Assembly: GCA_017883965.1 (NCBI GenBank)
Contig: JAFNKG010000004.1
Location: 983 to 64,982 of the forward strand
Length of the DNA: 64,000 nt
Origin: Candidatus Methanophagales archaeon
GTDB taxonomy: Archaea; Halobacteriota; Syntropharchaeia; Alkanophagales; Methanospirareceae
Direction of reading: 5' to 3'
Of this stretch, positions 25,326 through 34,029 are shown piece by piece (position 1 is the first letter of the stretch; each line of letters starts with the position of its first letter). The notes beneath the pieces are model-generated. The model made no database searches and was not told the DNA's origin. It was given only the letters and a program-made list of their open reading frames with translations. Both the position numbers and the translations under genes were made by a program.

Positions 25326-26897
25326 GTCTGGTATATCGGGATTGAGCCATTTGCTCACTTCTCTACGTTCTGTTGGCGGCTCCCCCCTCTTCATCCTGTT
25401 CACATATTTCTTCAGCGCATTAGCCATACGTGTTGCCGTAACGCAAAGTAACCAGCTCTTAGTGAACTCCCCCTTGATGTTCTTGTATATCCTTATGAGT
25501 TCAGGCATGACATTTAGATTATGGTCTATGCATTCACCCATGAGCTGCCAGTGCTCAGGCGTCATCTTCCTCATGTTGAACGATTCCCCATTATCCAAAA
25601 CGGAGCCACGCATTGAAACGAAACTCATCGGCACGATAAGAGACGAAGTCCCTTTCAAATCCTCTACCAGTTCTATGCTTTTAATCACATCATCCGCAGT
25701 TTCACCCGGAAGACCGTTTATCATTGTTGCTGCGTTGAACCAGTTATTATCATCGAGGATGCCGAAAGCCTGTGTGACTATCTCCTGCCACTTCTCTGCG
25801 GGTGATGGCAACGCTTTACCTCGCATGTGCGCCGCAATCAGTTTTGCGCTTCCGGTCTCTATCCCTGTTTGCGCACCCATCCAATCTTGGTCGAGCATAG
25901 AGTAGCATGTTTCGGAAATCTTACTAACAAGACCCGGATTATGATATACAGTAGCGAGGGCTACATGACTCGTTCCAATACTCTCAATTCCTTCTACGGC
26001 GGCAACACGCCTGAACAGGTTCAGTACACGCTCGTCATCCGTCGCTATCCCTTTCGCACCATAGCGCAGGACATCCTCGGAATGAAGAGAGATTGCCCTC
26101 TGCCCCGCTTCTATATTTATCTTCACGTCCCTTACAATATGCTCGGTGGATTTAAAGCAGAGCCTCTGCATGCCAGGGGTGCAGAAAGAGCAGCCTCTTC
26201 CGCAGCCCCTGCCTATCTCGACCAAACCGTGAATTGTGGCACCTCGGATGTTTGGTATCTCTTCTACGCCTGGCTCTATTCCTTTTATTATCCTCGGCAG
26301 TTTCTCACCCTCAAGTATAGATTTAAACATTTCAGGAACGGTAATTTCACCCTCGCCAAGATGGACATAATCAATATTCAGTTTGTCCATAATCGTCTCA
26401 TCCGCTAACTGCCATGCGGCTTTACCACCTGCCACAACTATTTTCTCCTTCATTACCGGCTTCTTCATCAATTCAAAGAATTTCACACGGTTGTAAGGCG
26501 GTCCGACATCGAGCATATCAACGAACTCTGAAGACGGTGGATTGATGCCTAAGAAATCATGTCCACTAATACCTATTATTTCCGTCCCGCTACCAGCCAC
26601 ACGCTCCAAATCCTGTGGGTGAACAACCGCGACTTCATCCTCGCCGAACACTTCTGCTAAAGAAGCCTCCACAATTCGGAGTCCGAAATCGGCATACAAA
26701 ACTCTGCCGTTTTTCCTCGGTACCGATGGCGAAAAGATTTTGAAATAAAACCAATCAGGGATAATACCCTGTGGCATGCAGGTAGAGAACCCTACAAATA
26801 TCCCCCAGCGATACCTGCTCATCATTGTCTCATCCGCAGTTAGCACGATTTTAGGGCTTCCGTCCGTTTTTTGGGGCAACATTCCGATTTTATTCAT
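25299..26897 (-). CDS. B12-binding-domain radical SAM protein
   Basis: Radical SAM cluster motif CGRGCSFC (Cx3Cx2C) at about residue 240, after an N-terminal Rossmann-like region (IVVAGGKAAW...VHLGEGE). Start set at ATG 26897 (MNKIGML), 8 nt downstream of the regulator stop. Confidence 0.75.
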   Translation of the reverse strand: MNKIGMLPQKTDGSPKIVLTADETMMSRYRWGIFVGFSTCMPQGIIPDWFYFKIFSPSVPRKNGRVLYADFGLRIVEASLAEVFGEDEVAVVHPQDLERVAGSGTEIIGISGHDFLGINPPSSEFVDMLDVGPPYNRVKFFELMKKPVMKEKIVVAGGKAAWQLADETIMDKLNIDYVHLGEGEITVPEMFKSILEGEKLPRIIKGIEPGVEEIPNIRGATIHGLVEIGRGCGRGCSFCTPGMQRLCFKSTEHIVRDVKINIEAGQRAISLHSEDVLRYGAKGIATDDERVLNLFRRVAAVEGIESIGTSHVALATVYHNPGLVSKISETCYSMLDQDWMGAQTGIETGSAKLIAAHMRGKALPSPAEKWQEIVTQAFGILDDNNWFNAATMINGLPGETADDVIKSIELVEDLKGTSSLIVPMSFVSMRGSVLDNGESFNMRKMTPEHWQLMGECIDHNLNVMPELIRIYKNIKGEFTKSWLLCVTATRMANALKKYVNRMKRGEPPTERREVSKWLNPDIPDLKIPNPKH

Positions 26898-26904
26898 CTT
26901 TTCT

Positions 26905-27354
26905 TTATTCCTCCTCCTTATCCGCAGTGCTTTCAATCCTTCTTAGATAGGTGATTGCACGTTCAACCTTCTCCCTGAGATGTTCGAGTTCTTTTATTCC
27001 CTCGAGGTCAGCGCCAAGCAGGTTGAGATAACTCTTAATCCGCTCCCGTTCTGCTTTTATCATCTCCACGAAGTTCACGTTTGCCACGTACAGGTTCTTT
27101 CTGATGCTTCTGACACGCTCCACCAAACCCATCCGTATGAGCGTATTAAGATAGTTTATGGTCGAAGAATAGGCGTAGTTAGTTTTTTTGCCTATCTCTT
27201 CTGCGGATAGCGGCTCACGGGATGTGATAAGCACGGCATAGATGAAGCTGCAGCCTTCTCCGAAGCCCCAGTTCATCATCATCACTTTCACTCGCCTGAC
27301 CGCACGCTCCACGGGGCTTTCATGCTCAGCGGATTTTGCTTTTGGATCTATCAT
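26905..27354 (-). CDS. winged-helix transcriptional regulator (GbsR/MarR-like)
   Basis: GCSFIYAVLITSREPLSAEEIGKKTNYAYSSTINYLNTLIRMGLVERV is a wHTH, followed by a coiled C-terminus. Tightly coupled upstream of the radical SAM gene. Confidence 0.55.
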   Translation of the reverse strand: MIDPKAKSAEHESPVERAVRRVKVMMMNWGFGEGCSFIYAVLITSREPLSAEEIGKKTNYAYSSTINYLNTLIRMGLVERVRSIRKNLYVANVNFVEMIKAERERIKSYLNLLGADLEGIKELEHLREKVERAITYLRRIESTADKEEE

Positions 27355-27468
27355 AATTATTATAAATATTATATTTAATATAAATATATGTATATATGTT
27401 CGTTTTTTCCAGAAAAGTTTTTGGCATTCACTTCCTTATGATCATTAAGGATAAAGGAGGTAAAAATC

Positions 27469-27897
27469 GTGGAAGAAAAAGAGAGCGAAGTAATAAGAAC
27501 TGTTAGAGAAGCCGTGGTGAAAGCGATTGAAAAAGGAGAAGACATAAAGGAAAAGATAGGTGAGATTGCCAGGGACGCCGTTAAGAAGGCATTGGAGGAA
27601 GCCGAAGTTACACGGGAGAGAGTGGAATCTGTGGCTAAAGATGCAATGAAAGGTGCAATCGAAGGTGCACGGAAGGCAAAAGTGGATGCTGTTGAGGTCA
27701 CCAAAGGTGCTGCCGAGGGCATAATTGAGGGGACGAAGCAGGCTGGTGTCAAAGCCGCTGACTTGGCGGAACATGCCGCAGAAGCAGCTCTGGACACCGC
27801 AAAAGAAGCGGGTGATAAGGCGGTGGAAGTGGTGAGGGGAGTCGTAAAAGGGTTTCTTGAAGCCGTCAAAGAGGTCTTAGAGAATAATAAAGAATGA
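27469..27897 (+). CDS. alpha-helical repeat protein, unknown function
   Basis: GTG start 7 nt after aggaggt. 142 aa of A/E/K/V-rich repeats (KDAVKKALEEAEV, KDAMKGAIEGARKAKVDAVEV, TKGAAEGIIEGTKQAGVKAADLAEHAAEAALDTAKEAGDKAVEVV). Its stop overlaps the cfbE start (ATGA at 27894). Confidence 0.55.
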   Translation: MEEKESEVIRTVREAVVKAIEKGEDIKEKIGEIARDAVKKALEEAEVTRERVESVAKDAMKGAIEGARKAKVDAVEVTKGAAEGIIEGTKQAGVKAADLAEHAAEAALDTAKEAGDKAVEVVRGVVKGFLEAVKEVLENNKE

Positions 27898-29237
27898 ATA
27901 TAAAGGAATCATCCAGAATATTAGTTTTAGACCCGATTCACGGGGCAGAAGTTATTGCAGAAGAGCTAAAAGAACTTGGAAAAGAAGCGGGGATATTTAA
28001 TCCATATCAAACTTTTAAAAAAAGTTTAACCAAAAACGCTGCGCATGCTTCGCAACAAACCTTTTTAAAAGATTTGGATTGCGATTTGGTTATCGCACCG
28101 GTTCACCTGAATCCGAACTTTGAAATTGTAAAGCAGGCTTTAAAGAATAACATACCTTTTATGAGCCATCACGAAGCGGTGAAAGAGATTGCAGCCATAA
28201 AAAACCTTTTCGCTGATATAAAAGCGATTGAAGTAACAGGGACGGTTGGGAAAACCTCGGTCTGCGAGCTGATATGTCAGTTACTAAAAAACAAAAATGT
28301 TCTTTCGCATACCAGTTCTTCCACAAGGTTCAAATCGGCAGGAGAAGAGATACGATTTCCCAGGCTAAGCGGCACGCCTGCGAGTGTGTTGAAAGTGATG
28401 AGCATAGCGAGCGAAAAGAATTTGAAGCCGGATATAGCGGTGTTTGAGATTTCGCTCGGTTTAACCGGAATAGGCGATGTAGGAGTGATAACAAGCCTGA
28501 AAGAGGATTATAGAATTGCAGGAGGCACAAAAGAAGCGTCTGCGGTAAAAAAAGCGTCACTAAAAAACTACGAGGACCGGGACAAAAGTATCGTGGTCCA
28601 TCCGGGTTTATCCGATGTAAACGTGGGCGGGAATACTTATGGTGATAGAGATAAAAACCTGTGGCTATATGGAGGGGGAAACAAAGTCACTTTTAACAGG
28701 CTAAGAACCATAAACGGTGATTTTATAAGTGGCGAAATGGCGTTCAAACCTTTTGATTCTTATATCGGCGGGGAATATTACAGGAAATCCCTGGAAGCGG
28801 CTTTTTGCACGGTTTTGAGCCTTGGCATCCCGCCAGAAGAGGTCAATACAGAAGATATTTCCGCGGTAGAGGGCAGGATGAAACTGGAGAAGATAAAAGG
28901 GCGGTTTTTGGTTGACAATTCCAATTCAGGCACGAAATTGAAGTTCCTCGATGAGATAACCGAAGATGCGAGGCGGATTTCAGAAAAGATGATTCTGATT
29001 GTTGGAGAGGAATCACAATACGTGTGTGAGTGTGTGAGTGAGGAGGAACTGAAACGAGTGGTTGAGAATAGAGCATCGGATTTCGTTGAGATAATAATTG
29101 TAGGTGAGGAGTTTCAGGATAAAATAGAAGGTGAGAACGTGTTTTTTTCCGCTGGTTTGGATGCGGCATTGGAAAAAGCTGTTAACGATTCTGAAGAAGG
29201 TTTTGTGATTATATCTAATGTGAAGACGTGGAGGTGA
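27894..29237 (+). CDS. cfbE: Mur-ligase-family protein, probable coenzyme F430 synthetase
   Basis: Mur-ligase P-loop IEVTGTVGKTS, about 450 aa, and gene neighbourhood with cfbD, cobA and hemD. The assignment is by family plus context, not by a specific signature. Confidence 0.6.
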   Translation: MNIKESSRILVLDPIHGAEVIAEELKELGKEAGIFNPYQTFKKSLTKNAAHASQQTFLKDLDCDLVIAPVHLNPNFEIVKQALKNNIPFMSHHEAVKEIAAIKNLFADIKAIEVTGTVGKTSVCELICQLLKNKNVLSHTSSSTRFKSAGEEIRFPRLSGTPASVLKVMSIASEKNLKPDIAVFEISLGLTGIGDVGVITSLKEDYRIAGGTKEASAVKKASLKNYEDRDKSIVVHPGLSDVNVGGNTYGDRDKNLWLYGGGNKVTFNRLRTINGDFISGEMAFKPFDSYIGGEYYRKSLEAAFCTVLSLGIPPEEVNTEDISAVEGRMKLEKIKGRFLVDNSNSGTKLKFLDEITEDARRISEKMILIVGEESQYVCECVSEEELKRVVENRASDFVEIIIVGEEFQDKIEGENVFFSAGLDAALEKAVNDSEEGFVIISNVKTWR

Positions 29238-29306
29238 TTGGTTATGCAATGAAAACAAATATTCGAAAACTTTATCCTCATTCCTCCTACTGATTTATTT
29301 TAATAC

Positions 29307-29753
29307 CTACAAATCCATAGGCAGTTTTATTTCTAATCTTTTCTCTGCTATCAGGAGTTCCTTAACGTTCAATATCTCCCCGTCAAAGGTCACCATCCCT
29401 TTTATAGAATTTGAAATAAAGTTCGCTAATATCAAAGAATCTCTACCTCCTAATCCGTATTTTGCCCCTATTGCTAATCCTAATTTCGTGATTTTCTTTG
29501 TTTGATCCAGGAATAGTAGTGTGTCCAAATCTATGTAATCGCTCAGTGTAGTTTTAGCATCCTCACGCCTCCATTTTTGCTTATAAACCAACGTGTGGTA
29601 GGCTTCGTGGATAATAGTTGGATTTACTGCATTATATCGGTGTTTCGCCAATATTTTTGTCTTCGGGTTATCTGGATGTTCTTTATCCAGGAAAGCCACC
29701 AATACATTTGTATCTACTCCCAGATACTCTTTATCTCTTTTGGTGTTGCCCAT
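29307..29753 (-). CDS. vapC: PIN-domain toxin
   Basis: LGVDTNVLVAF (first acidic PIN residue), ...GGRDSLILA..., 148 aa, paired with an AbrB-type antitoxin gene. Confidence 0.8.
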   Translation of the reverse strand: MGNTKRDKEYLGVDTNVLVAFLDKEHPDNPKTKILAKHRYNAVNPTIIHEAYHTLVYKQKWRREDAKTTLSDYIDLDTLLFLDQTKKITKLGLAIGAKYGLGGRDSLILANFISNSIKGMVTFDGEILNVKELLIAEKRLEIKLPMDL

Positions 29754-29947
29754 TCTGGTCTCCCCGTTCTTTCCACTTTTAGACCAAAAAAATCTTCTAT
29801 TTTTCTCTTTTTCTCCCTTTTTGGTCTTAGTAGGATCACATCCGCTTTTTCTTCGATTGATAAGAGCATTCCTTCTTTGATTTGCAATTTTTCCCTAACC
29901 GGTTGAGGGATCAGAACCCTGCCTTTTGCATCTATTTTTGCTTCCAT
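29714..29947 (-). CDS. vapB: AbrB/SpoVT-family antitoxin
   Basis: MEAKIDAKGRVLIPQPVREKLQIKEGMLLSIEEKADVILLRP is a swapped-hairpin AbrB/MazE-type fold signature. Start trimmed to ATG 29947. The 3' end overlaps vapC by 40 nt. Confidence 0.75.
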   Translation of the reverse strand: MEAKIDAKGRVLIPQPVREKLQIKEGMLLSIEEKADVILLRPKREKKRKIEDFFGLKVERTGRPEWATPKEIKSIWE

Positions 29948-30045
29948 ATTCCCACCAAATATAAGTGGGATTTTATATAATAAAAACTTTTTTATTAGCA
30001 GAACCTTTTTCACGAAAAGAGAATAAAAAGGAGGATGACAAGAGC

Positions 30046-31188
30046 ATGAGCGGGGAAATGGAGATGGAAATGATACTGCATCCGAGACCGAGTGCGATAG
30101 TAGCTGCTCTTTATACGCTCCGCGACTTGGATGTAGAAGTTGCAGTTATGCACGGTCCAGCGGGATGCAGTTTCAAACACAGCCGACTGCTTGAAGAAGA
30201 CGGGATGCATGTCTTAACTTCTGCGATGAACGAAAGCAATTTTGTGTTCGGCGGGCATGAATATCTCGTGCAGGTGCTGAGAAAAGCGGAAGAGATGTTT
30301 CATCCGGAGTTGATGGGTGTGATAGGCACCTGTTCGAGTATGATAATAGGCGAAGACATACATCAGGCGGTAGAGGACAGTGGAGTAGGCGCGAGATGCA
30401 AGGTGATAGCGGTGAACGTGCATGCTGGATACCGGGACAACACTGTGGGCGTTATCCTGACTCTTGAATCGGCTTATAAATCCGGTATAATTAGCAGTGA
30501 GGAGTTTGAGCGGCAGAAGAGAATGCTTGAAGCGGCAACGAAGTTAGAAAAAGAAGTTGGAGCCGCATGCAAAAGTTATATTCCACCGTCTAAAGGCGAT
30601 TCTAAAATAGACGTTGCAAATCGGCTGCTTGAGCTTATTGGTAAGGGTAAAAAGGGAATATGCGTTTTAAATGCGAAGAAAGAGACAGTTTTTATGTTTG
30701 CAGACATTTTAAAGGCTGTGAATAAAGTCGCCGCACCTTCGCAAATCGTCAATATCGCAAATCTTGATAAAGAAGTGGGCTTGAAAAAGATTCGGGAATA
30801 TTCGGAGAAAATTCTGGACGAATTAGCCACCGACGGTATCGAAATAGACCATGTAATCGGCGGGTTGGATGAGTATCCGGTTGCAGGCGAGAAAGCTGCT
30901 GCTTTAATCCGGGACCTTTATAACTCCGGGGATATAAATGGGGATTACGATTTTGCAGTTTTGCTGGGTATTCCGCATGCAGTTCCTTTAGAGAAGTATG
31001 GCATAAAAATGGAGATATTTTCGGTTACTAACGGTCCAAGAACAATCGAGCCGTTGAAATGGCTGGGGCATGACCATGCAGTGCTTGAAATTGACCTTCA
31101 TCCGAAGACGATGGGTGCTACCGGCATTATTCCTTCGGAATTCGGTGATACGCTACTGAAGCTGAAACATGTAAAATCCGAACTCTAA
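30046..31188 (+). CDS. cfbD: Ni-sirohydrochlorin a,c-diamide reductive cyclase subunit (nitrogenase NifD-like, methanogenesis marker 13)
   Basis: [44 protein letters not shown]...[14 protein letters not shown] has the NflD/CfbD-type N-terminus. ATG 30046 follows aaggagga. Confidence 0.75.
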   Translation: MSGEMEMEMILHPRPSAIVAALYTLRDLDVEVAVMHGPAGCSFKHSRLLEEDGMHVLTSAMNESNFVFGGHEYLVQVLRKAEEMFHPELMGVIGTCSSMIIGEDIHQAVEDSGVGARCKVIAVNVHAGYRDNTVGVILTLESAYKSGIISSEEFERQKRMLEAATKLEKEVGAACKSYIPPSKGDSKIDVANRLLELIGKGKKGICVLNAKKETVFMFADILKAVNKVAAPSQIVNIANLDKEVGLKKIREYSEKILDELATDGIEIDHVIGGLDEYPVAGEKAAALIRDLYNSGDINGDYDFAVLLGIPHAVPLEKYGIKMEIFSVTNGPRTIEPLKWLGHDHAVLEIDLHPKTMGATGIIPSEFGDTLLKLKHVKSEL

Positions 31189-31265
31189 CTTCGAAATATC
31201 CTCGTAGATGCGTGGTAATTTTTAGAAAGACTTTTTACTAAACTTAACCAAACAAATTAAACACA

Positions 31266-32240
31266 ATGAAAAAGATAAAAGAGCTAAATGCCTTTCTTAT
31301 AACAGATGAAGAGCTAAAAGAAACGATAGAGGGCATAGGCTGGAAAGTTTTCATTTCTGAGATGAAAAGAGGGTTCGAGCAATGCTCTTCAGGGCACATT
31401 GTGGCGCCTGAAAAGGTGTTCGTTGATACAGAAGTGTCTGACATGAGATGTATGCCGGCGTATCTGCCGAAATACAATCGCAATTATTGCGGTGTTAAGA
31501 TTGTTTCTGCTGCGCCGGAGAATAGAAAACTCGGTTTGCCTACGGTATTGGGTGAATATTTGCTCAGGGATGCCGAAACACAGCAATTAATTGCGATAAT
31601 GCAGGCTGAGGAGATGACTGCGTATAGAACCGGTGCTGCTACGGGTGTTGCTACCGAAGCGTTATCGAGGACGGATTGCGAAACGCTCGGTATAATAGGC
31701 ACGGGAAAGCAAGCCCCTTACCAGGCTAAGGCAATACTAACTGTAAGACCTTCTATTGATAGAATAAAGGCGTTTAATATCACAGAACAACAAGCGATAG
31801 ATTTTAAAGAGAAATATGAAACCGAATTTGGTATTGATATAACCGTTACTGGTCTGGAAGACGCTATGGATTCTGATATAGTCACAACGGTAACCACAGC
31901 CACTGAACCTTTCATTTCTTCTGAACTGATAAGTCCTGGTACGCATCTTAACGGCGTTGGTGCCGACTCGAAAACGAAGATAGAATTCGACCCGGAAGTG
32001 CTGAAAAAATCCAGAGTATTCGTTGATATGCTATCGCAGTGCATGCATTCGGGTGAGATATATCGAGGATTAGAGAAAGGGATAGTGAAAAAAGAAGATT
32101 TGATTCCGCTGGGTGATGTATTGCTTGGGAAAGTAAAGGGCAGGACCAGTGAGGATGATATAACTTTCTTCAAATCAACCGGCGTCGCTTTTGAGGATTT
32201 AATTACTGCGGTGTTGGTTTTTGAGGAACTGAACCAATAA
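31266..32240 (+). CDS. ornithine cyclodeaminase/mu-crystallin family protein (archaeal alanine dehydrogenase-like)
   Basis: MPAYL...GVKIVS..PEN...LPTV.G..LL.D..TG, AYRTGAATGVAT, GIIGTGKQA Rossmann motif. Confidence 0.7.
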   Translation: MKKIKELNAFLITDEELKETIEGIGWKVFISEMKRGFEQCSSGHIVAPEKVFVDTEVSDMRCMPAYLPKYNRNYCGVKIVSAAPENRKLGLPTVLGEYLLRDAETQQLIAIMQAEEMTAYRTGAATGVATEALSRTDCETLGIIGTGKQAPYQAKAILTVRPSIDRIKAFNITEQQAIDFKEKYETEFGIDITVTGLEDAMDSDIVTTVTTATEPFISSELISPGTHLNGVGADSKTKIEFDPEVLKKSRVFVDMLSQCMHSGEIYRGLEKGIVKKEDLIPLGDVLLGKVKGRTSEDDITFFKSTGVAFEDLITAVLVFEELNQ

Positions 32241-32289
32241 GGAGCCAAACCCTCCTTATCAACCTTCCTACCAAAAGACTTTTTGGATT

Positions 32290-32310
32290 AAACCTTTTTC
32301 TAAAAGGTTT
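32290..32310 (+). terminator. hairpin downstream of the OCD-family gene
   Basis: aaacctttt-tct-aaaaggttt: a perfect 9-bp stem in a T-rich context. Confidence 0.3.
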
Positions 32311-32432
32311 GACTTATCAACCCTCCCAACCCCGCTATGTAAATCACGAGTGAATAGGAAGACAAAACAAATTCCTGCTATTAGAGAACGAGTGTTTTAT
32401 TTATAGCTTTATTTTAGTATTATCAAAATAAA

Positions 32433-33164
32433 ATGGGGAAAGTATATCTTGTTGGTGCCGGACCGGGAGACCCGGAATTGTTAAGTTTGAAGGCATACAG
32501 GCTTATAAAAGAAGCCGACGTGATATTGGTTGATAATTTAGTTTTAGGCGTGACGCAGCAGATTCCAGAAGGTAAAAAGGTTATTGACATTGGAAAAACA
32601 GCGGAGAAACACAAATTTTCACAGGATGCGATAAATTCGCTCATGGTGGAACTGTCGGGAAAATACGAGAAGGTTGTGCGGTTGAAAGGCGGAGACCCTT
32701 ATATTTTCGGTAGAGGAGGAGAAGAAGCAGCGTTTCTCAGAGAGCACGGCGTTGATTTTGAAGTAGTGCCGGGAATAACGTCTGCAATTGCAGTTCCTGC
32801 TTCTTTTTCCATCCCGCTTACATACCGTGGTGTTTCCTCTTCTGTTACGATAATCACGGGACATGAGATGGAAGAAAAGGAAGAAAGTGAAAGCATTGAC
32901 TGGGAAGCGATTGCGAATTTGAAAGGCACGATTGTCATATTGATGGGTGTAGGAAACCTCGCTAAGAATGTTGACAAACTTTTGAAGCATGGAATGCGTG
33001 CAGAAACACCTGTTGCGGTTATTGGAAAAGGATTTACTGCAGCTGCGGGGATTGTAGTTGGAACGCTTGGTAACATAGCGGAAGTGGTAACGAAAGAAAA
33101 AGTGAAGCCGCCTGCGGTTATTGTAGTTGGCGATGTGGTTAATATAAGGGAGAAGTTGATGTGA
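32433..33164 (+). CDS. cobA: uroporphyrinogen-III C-methyltransferase
   Basis: KVYLVGAGPGDPELLSLKA, VVRLKGGDPYIFGRGGEE, VPGITSA. Confidence 0.9.
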   Translation: MGKVYLVGAGPGDPELLSLKAYRLIKEADVILVDNLVLGVTQQIPEGKKVIDIGKTAEKHKFSQDAINSLMVELSGKYEKVVRLKGGDPYIFGRGGEEAAFLREHGVDFEVVPGITSAIAVPASFSIPLTYRGVSSSVTIITGHEMEEKEESESIDWEAIANLKGTIVILMGVGNLAKNVDKLLKHGMRAETPVAVIGKGFTAAAGIVVGTLGNIAEVVTKEKVKPPAVIVVGDVVNIREKLM

Positions 33165-33198
33165 AATTTGTTTATTTAAGTTTTAAGAGGTATCAAAA

Positions 33199-33969
33199 GT
33201 GAGAAAGAAGATAGCGGCTTTTCGACCTGAAAATGTGCTTCTTCACACAAGGGAAATAGCGGAGAGACACGGATTTGATTTTTTCGGCTTTCCAGTGTTT
33301 GAACTTGTAGAGAGGAAAGAGGCATTAAAGGAGATAGAAGCTGTTTTTGAAGAAGGCGTGGACATAGTAGTTTTCACCAGTGCGAACGGTGTTAAAAAAT
33401 TGTTTGGTATATGCGAAGGTAAATTTGATTTGAAGAAGAAATTTTCGGATGCCGATGTGGAACTGGAACTATGCGCTATCGGACCTGCAACGAAAGAGGA
33501 ACTGGAGAAAAAGGGCTTGAAAGTGAATTTAATGCCTATGGAGTATAGCACTGAGGGTCTAAAGAGGCTATTTGATGCGTTTGATGTAAAAGATAGGAGG
33601 ATTGCATTCCTCAGAAGTTCGGAGGGTAGCAAGGGGATTATAGAGCTTTTGGAGAGTAAAGGAGCTTTTGTGATGGATATAGCGATATACGAAGTGAAGA
33701 AGAAGGATTTGACTGAATGTAAAGAACCTTTTGAGGATTTTGTGAAGTATAAGCCTGATTATGTCATATTCACGAGTTCATTGACTTTCAAAATCTTTCT
33801 GGAGCTTGTAAAGGAGTTGGATATACGAGAGGATGTCTTGAGGAATGCGAAGATTGTTGCGATAGGGGATTTGACTGCGAGAAGCATAGTGGAAGAAGGG
33901 CTAAAAGTGGATTTGGTTGCGGAGAAAAGCACTTTTGAAGATGTTTTGAAAGAGCTAAAAAGCTTTTAA
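33199..33969 (+). CDS. hemD: uroporphyrinogen-III synthase
   Basis: HemD-like two-lobed pattern (VVFTSANGV..., AIGPATKEEL, VIFTSSLT, VAIGDLTA). GTG start; follows cobA. Confidence 0.8.
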   Translation: MRKKIAAFRPENVLLHTREIAERHGFDFFGFPVFELVERKEALKEIEAVFEEGVDIVVFTSANGVKKLFGICEGKFDLKKKFSDADVELELCAIGPATKEELEKKGLKVNLMPMEYSTEGLKRLFDAFDVKDRRIAFLRSSEGSKGIIELLESKGAFVMDIAIYEVKKKDLTECKEPFEDFVKYKPDYVIFTSSLTFKIFLELVKELDIREDVLRNAKIVAIGDLTARSIVEEGLKVDLVAEKSTFEDVLKELKSF

Positions 33970-34029
33970 ACGCAAAGGATAAATAAAAAGAACAGCCGAT
34001 ATGGAATTGTTATTAGAAAGGTGAGAACG

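Noticed and set aside
27375-27869. 164-aa minus-strand ORF, and similar long antisense ORFs at 3893-4459, 31718-32248, 54759-55286 and 36107-37439
   Set aside because: All are mirror images of GA/GC-rich codon runs in confidently assigned genes. Their Ser/Ala/Thr-rich translations lack motifs and starts with an RBS.
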